Below, piece after piece: positions 51,558-62,314 of a DNA stretch of 64,000 nucleotides. The DNA is from an uncultured Acidobacteriota bacterium. Its GTDB lineage: Bacteria; Acidobacteriota; Blastocatellia; RBC074. The stretch lies in contig CAWCKY010000001.1 of the NCBI GenBank assembly GCA_963796275.1, positions 320,001-384,000 of the forward strand, given 5' to 3'. Both the position numbers and the translations under genes were made by a program. Position 1 is the first letter of the stretch, and each line of letters begins with the position of its first letter. Under the pieces are notes generated by a model. That model did no database searches and was not told the origin of the DNA. It worked only from the letters and a program-made list of their open reading frames with translations.

Positions 51558-54302
51558 TCATTTACCGCTGCTCACGCTCTCAGTGGCAAGCACGTCGTGA
51601 TGGTAATTGATCAAAACCCGCTTCGGGCGCTTCGGCAATTTGACCTGAAACTCATCGGTTGTATTGCTACCTACCACCGCCACGTCACCAAGACGGACCG
51701 GCTTGCCATCGAAGTCGAGGTAGATCGGCACTATCATCTTGAAATTGGGCGAAACCTCGCTCTGTGTGACTTTGCCCTTCAGAATCACGGTGCCCTCGCT
51801 ATCCGGCGTCAAGGTATAGTCGAATTTGTAGCGCGGTACTTCCGTCCCGTAGACATACTGAGCGAAGAACCAGTTCATCTTTTTGTCCCCGTCAAGGTCC
51901 ATGTTCGGTTTCATATGCTTCTCGACAATTGCTTTGAAGCTCTCTGTCGTGGCGTTTTGATTGTAATGGCTCTTGACGAAATCGCGCATCATTTCAATGA
52001 ACTTTTGATCGCCGTTCTGCCGATCATACATCATCCAACGAAGCATGTGCAGGATATATGAGCCCTTCGGATAAACTAATCTGCTATAGGCGCCCGCTGT
52101 CTTATACGTTAGCAGCCGGGTACCCATCCAGATCGGTCCCGCGTCGTTGGGGCGATAGCCGAACGAATTCTTATCAAGGATGGTCTTGCGCTGGGTCTCC
52201 CAGAATTTCAAGTATTTATCGAGCTTCCCGCCTTCGGTGTATTGCAAATATAGGCTGGCGGAGAAATCGGAGAAGCCCTCCGATATCCACTGGTCGTGAT
52301 AGGAGGCCCAGCCGACGATGTGGCCCCACCACTGATGAGCAACCTCGTGCGGCGTCACTTCCTGCACAAAATCATTGATGCCCTTTTTTATACCACCGAA
52401 AAGCTGGAATCGCTGTGTCGAATCGAAGAAGGCAATGATTGGGAGATAGACGAGCGTCGGCCAGGATTGACCGAAATTGAGCTCCGGTTGTTGTGTGATC
52501 GCGATCCGCCCATATGGCGTTTCACCAAACCAATGATTGAAAATCCGGATCGAGTTTTGGGCTTCGACTATCGCATTATCGGTCAGCCGCGTCGGCGACA
52601 TTCCGCCGATCTCTTCTGCGCCTCGCAAATAATCGGGAAGGTCAGATGTGGCATAACCTTCGATCTGAAATTTCGCCTGGTCATCCGTGACCTCTTTCTT
52701 CTTGAATCGGCCGTAATTAAATCCGGCGACTGCCAGCGGCACATTCGATACCCACTGAGACACTGCGAAATTGGCCTCTCTCCCTTCCTTCACTTTTTTA
52801 CCGACGCCTACGAGTACGAATTTCTCCGGGACCTTGAAGGTCAAGTCGAAAGTCGCCCGGTCGTTGAAAGCGTTGACGCTCGGATACCAGCTTGTGCGAG
52901 CCCCCACGGCGAAATTGCCGCCGCCGGCATCATCGAGCACTTTATCGCCCTGATAATCGATGTTGATCTTGTATTTTTGATTTTTGACCACCGCCTCGGG
53001 CAGGATCGCATAGAATGCACTGTCCTCATTCTTCTTCTCCTGAATAAACCCGATCTCCTTATCACCGGATGTTACCTTGGTGACCCGGAGCGTCGGAAGC
53101 AGGCCGAATCGGAGGACGCGCTCGCCGTCGACGAGCGCGGTGAATGTCAATTCGCAGGTAGCCGTCAACTTCTCTCCGTTGATGACCGTTTCAATGCGGT
53201 AATGCTCCGCATCGATCAGCCGCTTATCCTCGCTCGAACTTGCCGTACCAGCTTTCCACTCATCCTGAGTGTGAGTAAGGTACCAGATGCCTTCCTCCTT
53301 TCCCTGCGGATCGTTGTTGACCAAGGCGACCTCTTCAGGAGAGAGGAGTTGCGGTAATCCGCCGTAGGGACGGAGTTGGAATCGCAGGTCATTGTGTTTG
53401 CGCCCGAAGATGAAAGCGTTGAATGTCGGGAGGCGTTTGGGGTTGTGGAGATAGGCTAGCAACATCGCCTCCAGATTTTCGACGTCCTCTCCTGAGAATA
53501 GAGCCTCGATTACACTACGCGGTTGTTCAGTATTTCGCCGCATCCGCTTGCGGAACTCGAGTAGCACCTCCAGTGCGCGAGGGTCGGCGCCTCCGACCTG
53601 CCTGCCCTTCTTGATCTCTTCGTGAGTGTGATCGGTGAAGGCGAACACCAGTCGGTCGAATTGCTCGCTCACCGTCTCCTTCTCAGTGACCAGCTTGAGA
53701 TAGCTTTTTTCGAAGTCGACTATCGGCGTGAGCGTAAACTCGCCCTCGCCCCTGAAAACTCCAACGGTGACGTGGCCGAGGACCGGTGGTAGAAAACTGA
53801 TGCGGCCGCTGCGAAGGGTGATCGTGCCCACGTCGCGTTTCAGAGTCAGATCGCTGACCTCATAAGTCTCACCCGGCTCACCGTCACGAAGCGCGCGATA
53901 GTTCGGGTCGGAATTCGGTGCAATCGATCCTTTTGTGTCCACAGTTGTCTGGGCTCGCACATCGGCGATTTCGAGCTTAAATTCAACCGTTGCAGGCTTC
54001 CCGCTCTCAATCACTATGCTTAGTTCACCGGGTTTGAAACCGTCACGCGAAACGCTGACTACATAACTCCCAGGCTCAAGTCGATCAACTCTGAAACGGC
54101 CCTCTCTGTCGGTCGTTACATTGCGTATTTGGCCGGACAATTCACTGCGGATAGAGATCGCTGCGTTCGGCACAACCGCCCCATTCGGGTCTTTCACTGT
54201 GCCGGAGAGAATGCCAACCTGGGTTTGCGTGAATACAATAGTCAGTGGAATCAAAGTGGATGCGATGGATAGAGACAGAGCTACCAATAAATATCGGCGC
54301 AT
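51558..54302 (-). CDS. Exported M1-family aminopeptidase with N-terminal carboxypeptidase-regulatory-like domain
   Basis: Signal peptide, SGTVKDPNGAVVP, zinc motif HEVAHQWW...WISEG, VYPKG. Confidence 0.9.
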   Translation of the reverse strand: MRRYLLVALSLSIASTLIPLTIVFTQTQVGILSGTVKDPNGAVVPNAAISIRSELSGQIRNVTTDREGRFRVDRLEPGSYVVSVSRDGFKPGELSIVIESGKPATVEFKLEIADVRAQTTVDTKGSIAPNSDPNYRALRDGEPGETYEVSDLTLKRDVGTITLRSGRISFLPPVLGHVTVGVFRGEGEFTLTPIVDFEKSYLKLVTEKETVSEQFDRLVFAFTDHTHEEIKKGRQVGGADPRALEVLLEFRKRMRRNTEQPRSVIEALFSGEDVENLEAMLLAYLHNPKRLPTFNAFIFGRKHNDLRFQLRPYGGLPQLLSPEEVALVNNDPQGKEEGIWYLTHTQDEWKAGTASSSEDKRLIDAEHYRIETVINGEKLTATCELTFTALVDGERVLRFGLLPTLRVTKVTSGDKEIGFIQEKKNEDSAFYAILPEAVVKNQKYKINIDYQGDKVLDDAGGGNFAVGARTSWYPSVNAFNDRATFDLTFKVPEKFVLVGVGKKVKEGREANFAVSQWVSNVPLAVAGFNYGRFKKKEVTDDQAKFQIEGYATSDLPDYLRGAEEIGGMSPTRLTDNAIVEAQNSIRIFNHWFGETPYGRIAITQQPELNFGQSWPTLVYLPIIAFFDSTQRFQLFGGIKKGINDFVQEVTPHEVAHQWWGHIVGWASYHDQWISEGFSDFSASLYLQYTEGGKLDKYLKFWETQRKTILDKNSFGYRPNDAGPIWMGTRLLTYKTAGAYSRLVYPKGSYILHMLRWMMYDRQNGDQKFIEMMRDFVKSHYNQNATTESFKAIVEKHMKPNMDLDGDKKMNWFFAQYVYGTEVPRYKFDYTLTPDSEGTVILKGKVTQSEVSPNFKMIVPIYLDFDGKPVRLGDVAVVGSNTTDEFQVKLPKRPKRVLINYHHDVLATESVSSGK

Positions 54303-54623
54303 ATATACCTCCGGGTTAAACAGTATCTACTGGATTTCCGGTTCGTTGCTTGAATCTGAAGATCCAGTCGGAATTGCTTTAATCGGTTCAGCTCCTCATC
54401 GCAGATGTTTTGGGTGGCGCCTTGGGGACTACTCTCGGAACATTCGCTCTCTAGCAGTAGTCGTCATAGGTTCTGAGCGTTGCACCGGCGATAGTAACGA
54501 AATTTCTAAAGACTGAGCTGAGGCACTATTTGAGTATTAAGCGTTACTCAGTTAGTGACGATGGAGAATAGCAAGGCTGTCAAAAACAGTAAAGAAGAAT
54601 TGGAAAAATACAATGATAAATAG

Positions 54624-54648
54624 AAAAGGGCGATGGATGCCATCGCCC
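54624..54648 (-). terminator. Intrinsic terminator
   Basis: Minus strand GGGCGATGG-CAT-CCATCGCCC-TTTT downstream of the 54680-55030 gene. Confidence 0.75.
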
Positions 54649-54679
54649 CTGGGGCCTGAGAAAATTTTGTTAAGTTATA

Positions 54680-55030
54680 TTAGCGTCGACCAAAAACCTC
54701 GCGTCTGCGGTCGCGCCGATCGTCGATCTTTTTGCGGTGATAGATGTAGCCACCCGCGGCACCTGCGGCGCCACCGATAATCGCTCCGGTCTTTCCGCCA
54801 ATCAATGCGCCACCCAGCAACCCAATGCCGGCGCCAACACCCGTTCTCTTGATCAGATTGCCGTTCGTGGCCTCGCGCGGTCCAATGTAGCTGCCGCGAC
54901 TATAGCCACGAGAATAGCTACGAGAACGATATGATCTGCTTTGTGCCATTGCATCCGATGTTCCCCAAACGAAGAGAAGGCCCAACATTAAAGCCATCAT
55001 TATCGCGCTCGCTTTTATCTTCTTGATCAT
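54680..55030 (-). CDS. Small exported glycine-zipper protein
   Basis: AGGAGG RBS, signal peptide, GAGIGLLGGALIGG...GAIIGGAAGAAGG. Confidence 0.8.
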   Translation of the reverse strand: MIKKIKASAIMMALMLGLLFVWGTSDAMAQSRSYRSRSYSRGYSRGSYIGPREATNGNLIKRTGVGAGIGLLGGALIGGKTGAIIGGAAGAAGGYIYHRKKIDDRRDRRREVFGRR

Positions 55031-55078
55031 CTTTCCTCCTTTTGTTTGAACCCGTAATATCAATTCAGCTACTGATAA

Positions 55079-55094
55079 TACAAATCTTGTGCCA
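55079..55094 (-). promoter_or_regulatory. Probable sigma-54 promoter of the glycine-zipper gene
   Basis: Minus strand TGGCACA-AGAT-TTGTA (GG-N10-GT variant) about 50 nt upstream of the ATG. Confidence 0.5.
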
Positions 55095-55251
55095 CTTGAT
55101 AGTAATACCTCGATTAGAGTGCAAGCAGAATAATATCAATCGTTTAGATACGTTAGAGGCTAATTGCATTAAGAAATATCCAACGTATTAGACACGTTTC
55201 GGTGTAAGAGGTATCACGAAATAGCGCAAGTAGGGTATTAGACGAATGATG

Positions 55252-55590
55252 TCAGGAGGTACGGGAAGTTCGTGCGACCTCCGCAGCCATCCGTCCGGTG
55301 ATAATTAAAAACCACATCTTCCAATCTGCGATCAAAGACCAGAGCGGATATTTGAAAGTCGCGGGTTTGTTATGTTCAATCAAGAAATGGCCCATCCATG
55401 CAAAGGCATAGCCGATGATGAAGCCTACCGGGATGAAGAGGAGAATGCCGGTGAGAAAGGTTACGACCAGGCAGATAATTCCTGCTGAGCTGCCAATGAA
55501 GTGAAGCAAGCGACAACCAGGTCTTGAATGCTCCCTGACATAAAAAGGCCAGAACTCGCGAAAGTTATTGATACGGTCACTTTGCTTCAT
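55252..55590 (-). CDS. DUF962/Mpo1-like membrane protein
   Basis: FWPFYVREH...LHFIG...GYAFAWMGHFLIEHNKPATFKYP. Confidence 0.88.
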   Translation of the reverse strand: MKQSDRINNFREFWPFYVREHSRPGCRLLHFIGSSAGIICLVVTFLTGILLFIPVGFIIGYAFAWMGHFLIEHNKPATFKYPLWSLIADWKMWFLIITGRMAAEVARTSRTS

Positions 55591-55666
55591 TGTCGCCTCC
55601 TAAGGTGTATGATAACTTTGTTCTGCGGTTGTTTCACATATTTTATTACGGAAAAATGGCTGTGCC

Positions 55667-57505
55667 ATGCAGCTGAGAAGTAAATTGACAGTCGTTTTGT
55701 TTATCACCGTCGGCCTTACCCTTTCGGTTTTTGCGCTTGAAACCCAAATGGGCTGGTGGCGATGGCAGAATCCACGTCCGCAGGGTAATCCGCTCTATGC
55801 GATAAATTTCAGCGATGAGCGGCGAGGGGTAGCTGTTGGCCGGGACGGCGCGATTTTACGAACCGAAGATGGCGGTAAGAAATGGCTATCAGTCAGCAGC
55901 CCCGTAATGACTCCGCTCTACGGGTTAGCGGTGCGAGATAGGAAGGCATGGGCGGTCGGGGCACGCGGAACGATCATCAGCTCCAGCGACCTCGGGGAGA
56001 GCTGGCGCGAGCAAAAGAGCGGGACCAAAAAACATCTCTACGGCGTCTGGTTTCTCGATGAAAAGCGTGGTTGGGTGGTCGGAGTCGAAGGACTGATTCT
56101 CATTACCCGGGATGGAGGTGGAAATTGGAACGATCAATCCAGCCGGACGGGCAAGCATCTAAGCGCCGTCGCTTTTACCGATCCGGAGCATGGCGTCGTC
56201 GTTGGCTCGGAAGGGGTTTTGCTGGTGACAAAAGATGGAGGAGTAAATTGGCGATCGTCCAATCATATGAACCCTGGCCATTTTAGTGGCGTCTTCGCTT
56301 TGCCCCCCCATAATTTCTGGCTGGTCGGAAGGAATGGAACGATCCTGCGCAGCCAAAATTCCGGTGAAACGTGGGAGGCGCAGGCGAGCAATTCATCCTC
56401 GAACTTTTATTCAATATGGATGATTGATAACAAAACCGGTTGGGTAGCCGGGACGGATGGGGCCATTCTGCATACGATCGATGGGGGTGAAAGCTGGAGC
56501 GCACAGATCTCGAATAGCCCACAACTGCTGAGAACTATCTGCTTCGTCGATTACAAACGTGGCTGGGCTGCAGGTGAAGGGGGTGTGATCTACGCGACGG
56601 TTGACGGCGGCGAAAAATGGTGGCCGCAGACTGAGGGCACCAAGGAGATGCTCAACGCCATGCACTTCATCGATGGCGACCGCGGGTGGGCTGTTGGCAT
56701 GAATGGCACAATACTCTCCACGGAGGACAGCGGCAAATCCTGGCGTCCGCAAAAATCGAATGTCGCAGCCAACTTAAGAGCGATCTGTCTCGTCGACCCG
56801 CTTCGTGGATGGATCGTGGGCGAGCGCGGAACATTATTGCAAACGGACGATGGGGGCGTGAACTGGCGAATAAAAGCGGGCGGCTCGGAGACGAATTATA
56901 GCGGATTGACATTTGTGAGCGCGAGGAATGGCTGGATCGTGGGCGAAAATGGCCTTATCCGCCATACTACAGATGGAGGGGAATCCTGGATTTCACAAGA
57001 ATCGAATACGCGCTCGTGGCTCGAAGTGGTGGCCTTCGTCGACCAGAAGAATGGGTGGGCAGCAGGTGAGGCGGGCACGATCATTGTTACGAAAGACGGC
57101 GGATCGACGTGGAAAGTTCAGGAAAGTGGAACACGCAAATGGCTGTATGGGGTTTCATTTGCGAATAAGAATCAGGGGTGGGCGGTCGGCGAAGATGGCC
57201 TTGTACTACATACCGGTAACGGTGGAAAAGATTGGGCAGTCCAGATCAGCAGCGTGCCCAGCAATCTGCTGGCTGTTAGAGCGATCAATACGAAACGCGT
57301 GTGGGCCGTGGGCTTGAACGGTATCATCATTCATACGGAAGACGGAGGCGGCCTCTGGCAGCGAGATTTGAGCAATACGACGACCCCTCTACGCGCCATC
57401 GCATTTTTTGGGGATGAAGGATGGGCCGCCGGTCGTGATGGCGTGATTTTACGTTACGGCGGTAAGAGGGGCGGAGAGATGAGAACCGTCTTCAATCGAA
57501 AATGA
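55667..57505 (+). CDS. Exported YCF48/BNR-repeat beta-propeller protein
   Basis: Many GWxVGxxGxIxxTxDGGxxW repeats; signal peptide. Confidence 0.9.
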   Translation: MQLRSKLTVVLFITVGLTLSVFALETQMGWWRWQNPRPQGNPLYAINFSDERRGVAVGRDGAILRTEDGGKKWLSVSSPVMTPLYGLAVRDRKAWAVGARGTIISSSDLGESWREQKSGTKKHLYGVWFLDEKRGWVVGVEGLILITRDGGGNWNDQSSRTGKHLSAVAFTDPEHGVVVGSEGVLLVTKDGGVNWRSSNHMNPGHFSGVFALPPHNFWLVGRNGTILRSQNSGETWEAQASNSSSNFYSIWMIDNKTGWVAGTDGAILHTIDGGESWSAQISNSPQLLRTICFVDYKRGWAAGEGGVIYATVDGGEKWWPQTEGTKEMLNAMHFIDGDRGWAVGMNGTILSTEDSGKSWRPQKSNVAANLRAICLVDPLRGWIVGERGTLLQTDDGGVNWRIKAGGSETNYSGLTFVSARNGWIVGENGLIRHTTDGGESWISQESNTRSWLEVVAFVDQKNGWAAGEAGTIIVTKDGGSTWKVQESGTRKWLYGVSFANKNQGWAVGEDGLVLHTGNGGKDWAVQISSVPSNLLAVRAINTKRVWAVGLNGIIIHTEDGGGLWQRDLSNTTTPLRAIAFFGDEGWAAGRDGVILRYGGKRGGEMRTVFNRK

Positions 57506-57520
57506 ACAGAAGGACGCGCT

Positions 57521-58333
57521 TCAATTCCTGCTTTCACCGCTCAATATCACAGCCGGTTTGGGTGACACACCTTTATGCACTATAACGCTCATACCCATCG
57601 GGATGTCCCGATAGAACTTCTTGGCGGCGAACATCGGAATGCGAATGCATCCGTGGCTCGCAGGTTTTGTGGGCACTGATTGATAACCGTGTATTGCGGT
57701 TCCATACATGAAGTAATTCGGGTAGTACATCATACCCAGCGGGCTTTTCTTCCAACCGGCCAGTTTAATATAAATTTTGTATCGTCCCGGATGAGTGATA
57801 GCGTCGCGGACCCATCCTTCGGATTTGAATGGTTTTCCGCTTCCAGTCGAAACCGGCAGAATCCTCGTGACAGTGCCCGTATCATCAACCTCGAAGAGCA
57901 CCTGACGGATTAAGTCTACCTCTATATGAGCAGGACCCGTTTCGAGTGGTGTTGGTCGATCCGCGGCAATCAGAGCATCGAAAACCGCGCGCGTCATCAG
58001 GCCATTAGGCTTAAGTTCCTCGACCTTTTGAAATGCAATGAGCGCGTGGCGTGAAGCTCCATCCCATCTGCCGTCTGCCGGGCCTGTCCAGTATCCCAGA
58101 TCCGCCAGGCGTTGTTCGGCCTCACGGTGTTCTCCAGCAGTCAAGGGTTTGGACTTTGTCGTCCGCTTTCGGCTTCCTGAGTCTTGCCGGCTGACTCTCT
58201 CAGTTCTCGGCTCCAGGTCCTCCGTATGGTCGCTCAAAGCTGCGATCGGATGAAATACGATAATGATCGCCAGATAGAAAATGAGCGAAAGGTTGAATAT
58301 CTTCGCCAATGAGTTAAAGGTTTTGCTACGCAT
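57521..58333 (-). CDS. L,D-transpeptidase with peptidoglycan-binding domain
   Basis: QRLADLGY...ADG...FQK PG-binding motif; catalytic AIHG...ASHGCIR. Confidence 0.9.
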   Translation of the reverse strand: MRSKTFNSLAKIFNLSLIFYLAIIIVFHPIAALSDHTEDLEPRTERVSRQDSGSRKRTTKSKPLTAGEHREAEQRLADLGYWTGPADGRWDGASRHALIAFQKVEELKPNGLMTRAVFDALIAADRPTPLETGPAHIEVDLIRQVLFEVDDTGTVTRILPVSTGSGKPFKSEGWVRDAITHPGRYKIYIKLAGWKKSPLGMMYYPNYFMYGTAIHGYQSVPTKPASHGCIRIPMFAAKKFYRDIPMGMSVIVHKGVSPKPAVILSGESRN

Positions 58334-58492
58334 AAAGAATCTGAAAATTTATTCGATGACACTGCCATCACAATCGCATTCGGTTGCCTTTTCAATTAAA
58401 AAGTATGTATTGTTTCGCCAACTTGTCAAACTGTTTAATATGCTGCAAGTTTCCGGCTACATAATGTCAGAAATGAAACGGCGACTGAAACT

Positions 58493-59392
58493 ATGAGGAG
58501 AACGTCAATGAAACACTCAATGCACAACTGGATGAGGCCCGAACCAGTTGAAACGACTCTCGAGCGTCTGCATAGATTTGGCTACGACAGCATAGAGATA
58601 AGCGGTGAGCCTGCTCGCCACGATACTGACGAAGTGCGCCGATTGATGGATAAGTACGAGATCGAATGTTGGGGAACCGTAACATTGATGACTGAGGGAC
58701 GCGACCTGGTGCATCCCGATAAGTATGTCCGAGCTGGCACAATCGCTTATATGAAGGATTGCATCAAGATGGCTAGAGCTCTCGGCGGCCATATGTTCTG
58801 TATCGTGCCATCGACCGTCGGGAAGGTGAAACCCATCGCATCGGCTGACGAAGAATGGAGATGGGCTGTCGAGAGTTTGAAAGAAGTCGCCTCATATTCC
58901 TCGGACCACGGCATAATACCTGGCGTCGAACCGCTCAACCGATTTGAAACCTATCTGATCAATCGCCATGACCAGGCATTACGTTTAGCCGACGAAGTCG
59001 GCAACGGGCTGCAAGTCGTGCTCGATTGTTTTCACATCAACATCGAAGAGTCCGATCCAATGCAGGCTATCCGCAACGTGGGGAGCAGGCTGCTCGATTT
59101 CCACATCGCCGACAACAACCGCAAACCTGCTGGTCAGGGGAAATATAACTGGACGGAGGTGATCGAGACTCTCAGAGAAATAAATTATCAGGGCCATTTG
59201 ACGGCTGAGTTCGTATTGCCAATCGATAGCACCCCGCTTGCTTTGCAGAGTGAAAAGCGTGAGAGCGATATGGAGTTCGCTGAGGCCGATCTGAAATTCA
59301 TCCGCAACCTGCGCTCGGGTTTGATCAGCGCTGCCGATTACGATCGGGCAGTCGAATCAAATATTAAGCATTTGAAATCGGTTGGAGCATGA
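58493..59392 (+). CDS. Sugar phosphate isomerase/epimerase (ketose 3-epimerase-like TIM barrel)
   Basis: EPLNRFETY, LDCFHINIEE and FHIADNNR motifs. Confidence 0.88.
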   Translation: MRRTSMKHSMHNWMRPEPVETTLERLHRFGYDSIEISGEPARHDTDEVRRLMDKYEIECWGTVTLMTEGRDLVHPDKYVRAGTIAYMKDCIKMARALGGHMFCIVPSTVGKVKPIASADEEWRWAVESLKEVASYSSDHGIIPGVEPLNRFETYLINRHDQALRLADEVGNGLQVVLDCFHINIEESDPMQAIRNVGSRLLDFHIADNNRKPAGQGKYNWTEVIETLREINYQGHLTAEFVLPIDSTPLALQSEKRESDMEFAEADLKFIRNLRSGLISAADYDRAVESNIKHLKSVGA

Positions 59393-59645
59393 TGAACGGC
59401 ATTCCGTTGGGGGAATTCGAACTTAATTTTTTATGCGCCCTAAACCCTTTAATGGGGCGTTAGCCAGCAGTATAACGCAGGGGGCAGACCCAATTTCACG
59501 TGCGCCGATGTTGACCAGAAACCTGGTTATCAAAAGAGTAAAGCGAGAAGCCTGAAGCTTGCTGTCTATTATTGACAATGGCGAACCAATTATCGGTTTC
59601 CATCTCTTCCTTTACTACTTGCGAAATCGGGAATGGTATGGTTTT

Positions 59646-60359
59646 TCAAATCGACCGCCGGTTCGCCGCCGCCAGCTCACGGCGAACGCCGGAGATCGTT
59701 TGTTGAACAACGAAACCATTACCGGTAATTTCCGGTGAAATTAGCCAGTAAGAGCACTCGATGATTGCAAGCAGGTCTTTACTCGAGTCCAGTTTCAGCC
59801 GGCCGAGTCGCCATTGTTTGAGCGCCGTATCGACCGCTTTGAGAAATGTTGGTTCGTCATCGCTCAAGGCTGAAAGACATAACATATAATGGAGTGAGCG
59901 CCGATCTAATGTATCGCCCCATAACTCGATAATCACGCGCGAGAAACCCACACTCGAACGCAGACCTTTGCCGTCGACGACATATTCAGCCAGCGAACGT
60001 AACCGCTCGGCGTTTCCTCCGGTTTGAGCGACCAGCCTATTTAACACCTCACGATAAAGATCGACATCGGCTTTTGCGTGAGAAACATCGAGGGTGAACA
60101 TATCCCCTTCGGACGCTCGTTTTAAAAGCTTGTCTCGATCTTCCTCATCACTCAACTGAGACTGGGGTTGCGCGAATAGCCTCAGCTCTACTTCATTCTG
60201 TTCTGCGAACAGTCCTGCGAAGTGGCGCGGCAAGTTTTTTTGCGATTCATATAATATATGCGACCGTTGGCGATTCATTTTGATCAAGCAAGCAACTGCC
60301 AGAATCGCGAACGAAAGTATAGAAATAAATGTTATGAGGTTCATTCTTATACGCTTCAC
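59646..60359 (-). CDS. Hypothetical protein with N-terminal membrane anchor
   Basis: 237-aa ORF with one N-terminal TM; no recognised motif. Confidence 0.6.
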   Translation of the reverse strand: MKRIRMNLITFISILSFAILAVACLIKMNRQRSHILYESQKNLPRHFAGLFAEQNEVELRLFAQPQSQLSDEEDRDKLLKRASEGDMFTLDVSHAKADVDLYREVLNRLVAQTGGNAERLRSLAEYVVDGKGLRSSVGFSRVIIELWGDTLDRRSLHYMLCLSALSDDEPTFLKAVDTALKQWRLGRLKLDSSKDLLAIIECSYWLISPEITGNGFVVQQTISGVRRELAAANRRSI

Positions 60360-60461
60360 AACAGCCGATAGGTGACAGGCTGGGCTGTCTATGTAAGCGT
60401 CATCCTTTATAGATGTACGTGTGGCGTTTTTATGAGGTTCGAAAATCCTTCGATCGTTCTT

Positions 60462-61094
60462 TTATCCTCGGCGGTATTGATTTCCTGCTCTCGCAGGTAT
60501 TCTCTGGGTCGAAGAAGGGAAAAATCTATTTAAGATCCGATAGCTCAACAGTAATATCAAGCAAAGGCCGAAGGTTAGCGGAATTCTCGTATCGGCTTTG
60601 ACAAGTAAGTAGTAATGCAGCACTCCCGCGGCGGCAGCCAGATAGACGAGCTTATGCAGGCGATTCCAGCGCCGGCCGCCCAGGCGCTTGACCATCTTAT
60701 TGGTTGATGTAATGGCTAATGGAAACATGACGAAAAAGCTCAGCATCCCCAGAAAGATAAATGGCCGCTGGAGCGTGTCTTCCCCGATCGCTCCTAATTG
60801 GAATGCTTTGTCGAACCAGATATAGCAGAGTAAATGCAGGGCTCCATAGAAAAACGCGTACAGACCGATTGTTCGCCTCAATTGAATAAGCCAGGGAAGG
60901 CCGAGCACCTTACGCAGAGGTGTAACTGCCAGTGTGAGGGTCAGAAAAACCAACGTCAGGGTACCGGTGGTGTGCGTGGCAAATTCCAGGGGATTGGCGC
61001 CAAGGCGATGGTGATAAGCATCCCACGCGAGCAATGTAAGCGGCACCGCGCTATTGATAAAAACTACCAGTTTTGCAAACTTTATATCGGGCAT
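60462..61094 (-). CDS. msrQ: Protein-methionine-sulfoxide reductase heme-binding subunit
   Basis: LAVTPLR, RRTIGLYAFFY..LH, PLAITS and WNRLHKLVY motifs; follows msrP. Confidence 0.93.
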   Translation of the reverse strand: MPDIKFAKLVVFINSAVPLTLLAWDAYHHRLGANPLEFATHTTGTLTLVFLTLTLAVTPLRKVLGLPWLIQLRRTIGLYAFFYGALHLLCYIWFDKAFQLGAIGEDTLQRPFIFLGMLSFFVMFPLAITSTNKMVKRLGGRRWNRLHKLVYLAAAAGVLHYYLLVKADTRIPLTFGLCLILLLSYRILNRFFPSSTQRIPARAGNQYRRG

Positions 61095-61163
61095 AAAACA
61101 GTTTTAAGTTTTAAATTTTAGATCGTTTGCTGGAACTACGAACTAAAAACTGAAAACTAATAA

Positions 61164-62130
61164 CTAAAAATTGGCCTTCATATCCAATCCTGCATAGAGG
61201 TGCGCGACCTGATCCTGGTAGCCATTGAACATCAGGGTATCTCGCCTTCCGAATTCACCGATACGACGTTCGGTCGCCTGGCTCCAACGCGGATGCGAAA
61301 CGTTGGGATTGACGTTGGAGTAAAATCCGTATTCCTCCGGCGCGTAATCGCTCCACGTGCACGCCGGTTGTCTGTCAGTCAGTTCGATTCGGACGATCGA
61401 CTTGATGCTTTTGAACCCGTATTTCCAGGGCACAACCAGTCGCAGCGGCGCGCCGTTCTGCGGGGGCAGCGTCTTACCGTACAACCCGGCGGCTAGAATC
61501 GTCAGCGGGTGCATCGCTTCGTCGAGGCGGAGGCCTTCTATATATGGCCATGGGAGAACATCGCCCGTTTGATTGGGCATTCGCTTGGGGTCGAACAGGG
61601 TGACGAATTTGACGAATTTCGCCCCTGACATCGGCTGGACCTGATCCAGTAGTTTCGCAAGCGGGAACCCCAGCCACGGGATAACCATCGACCACGCCTC
61701 GACACAACGAAGACGATAAATGCGATCTTCAAGCGGAGCGAGTTTCAGAAGATCGTCCAGATCGAACGTTTTCGGTTTATGTGCAAGTCCGTCGACTACG
61801 ACTGTCCAAGGCCTCGTGATGAAACCTTTCGCCTCTGGTGCGACATCTTCTTTGCTTGTCGAGAATTCGTAAAAGTTGTTATAGTTGGTAATGTCTTCGA
61901 ATCCGGTCGCGGATTCGCCCTCCGTAGTGAAATAACCGCCTGTGCCTTTCGATTTGACAGTATCGCTGGGGTTTCTCCCTGCTCGGCGTGGCCAATCTAC
62001 GATAAAGATAGGCGGTGGATGTCGCTGTCACAGCCAGCACCCCGCCACGGATGAAGTTGCGGCGATTAAGGATAAGATTCTCGTCGGTTATATCGCTGCT
62101 TGGGATATCATCCGGCTTCTTGATCAGCAT
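61164..62130 (-). CDS. msrP: Protein-methionine-sulfoxide reductase catalytic subunit, frameshifted near 61965-61985
   Basis: Tat motif NRRNFI in ORF 61879-62130. The other frame is open through [23 protein letters not shown] and [12 protein letters not shown] to the stop at 61164. Confidence 0.92.
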
Positions 62131-62314
62131 CTATTGCTCCTCGCATTGTATGGCGGGCACATCGAACATATTATCTCACAATATCCCGACAAACCTTCCT
62201 TGTACGGTAGCTGAAATTTAATTTCCGCGAGACTTTTCATTCACACCTTTCACGTTATAATCACGCGGTTTCGCTTTACATAGATAAATTAATCCTCGAT
62301 AAAATCAAATTTGC

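Noticed and set aside
52296-53357. Long antisense ORFs (also 4326-5075, 8092-8880, 13360-14016, 23371-24036, 32785-33561, 44307-44975)
   Set aside because: Shadow ORFs opposite well-supported genes in GC-rich coding DNA; no motifs.
55760-57450. DNA-level repetitiveness as a repeat array
   Set aside because: Explained by BNR/YCF48 protein repeats.
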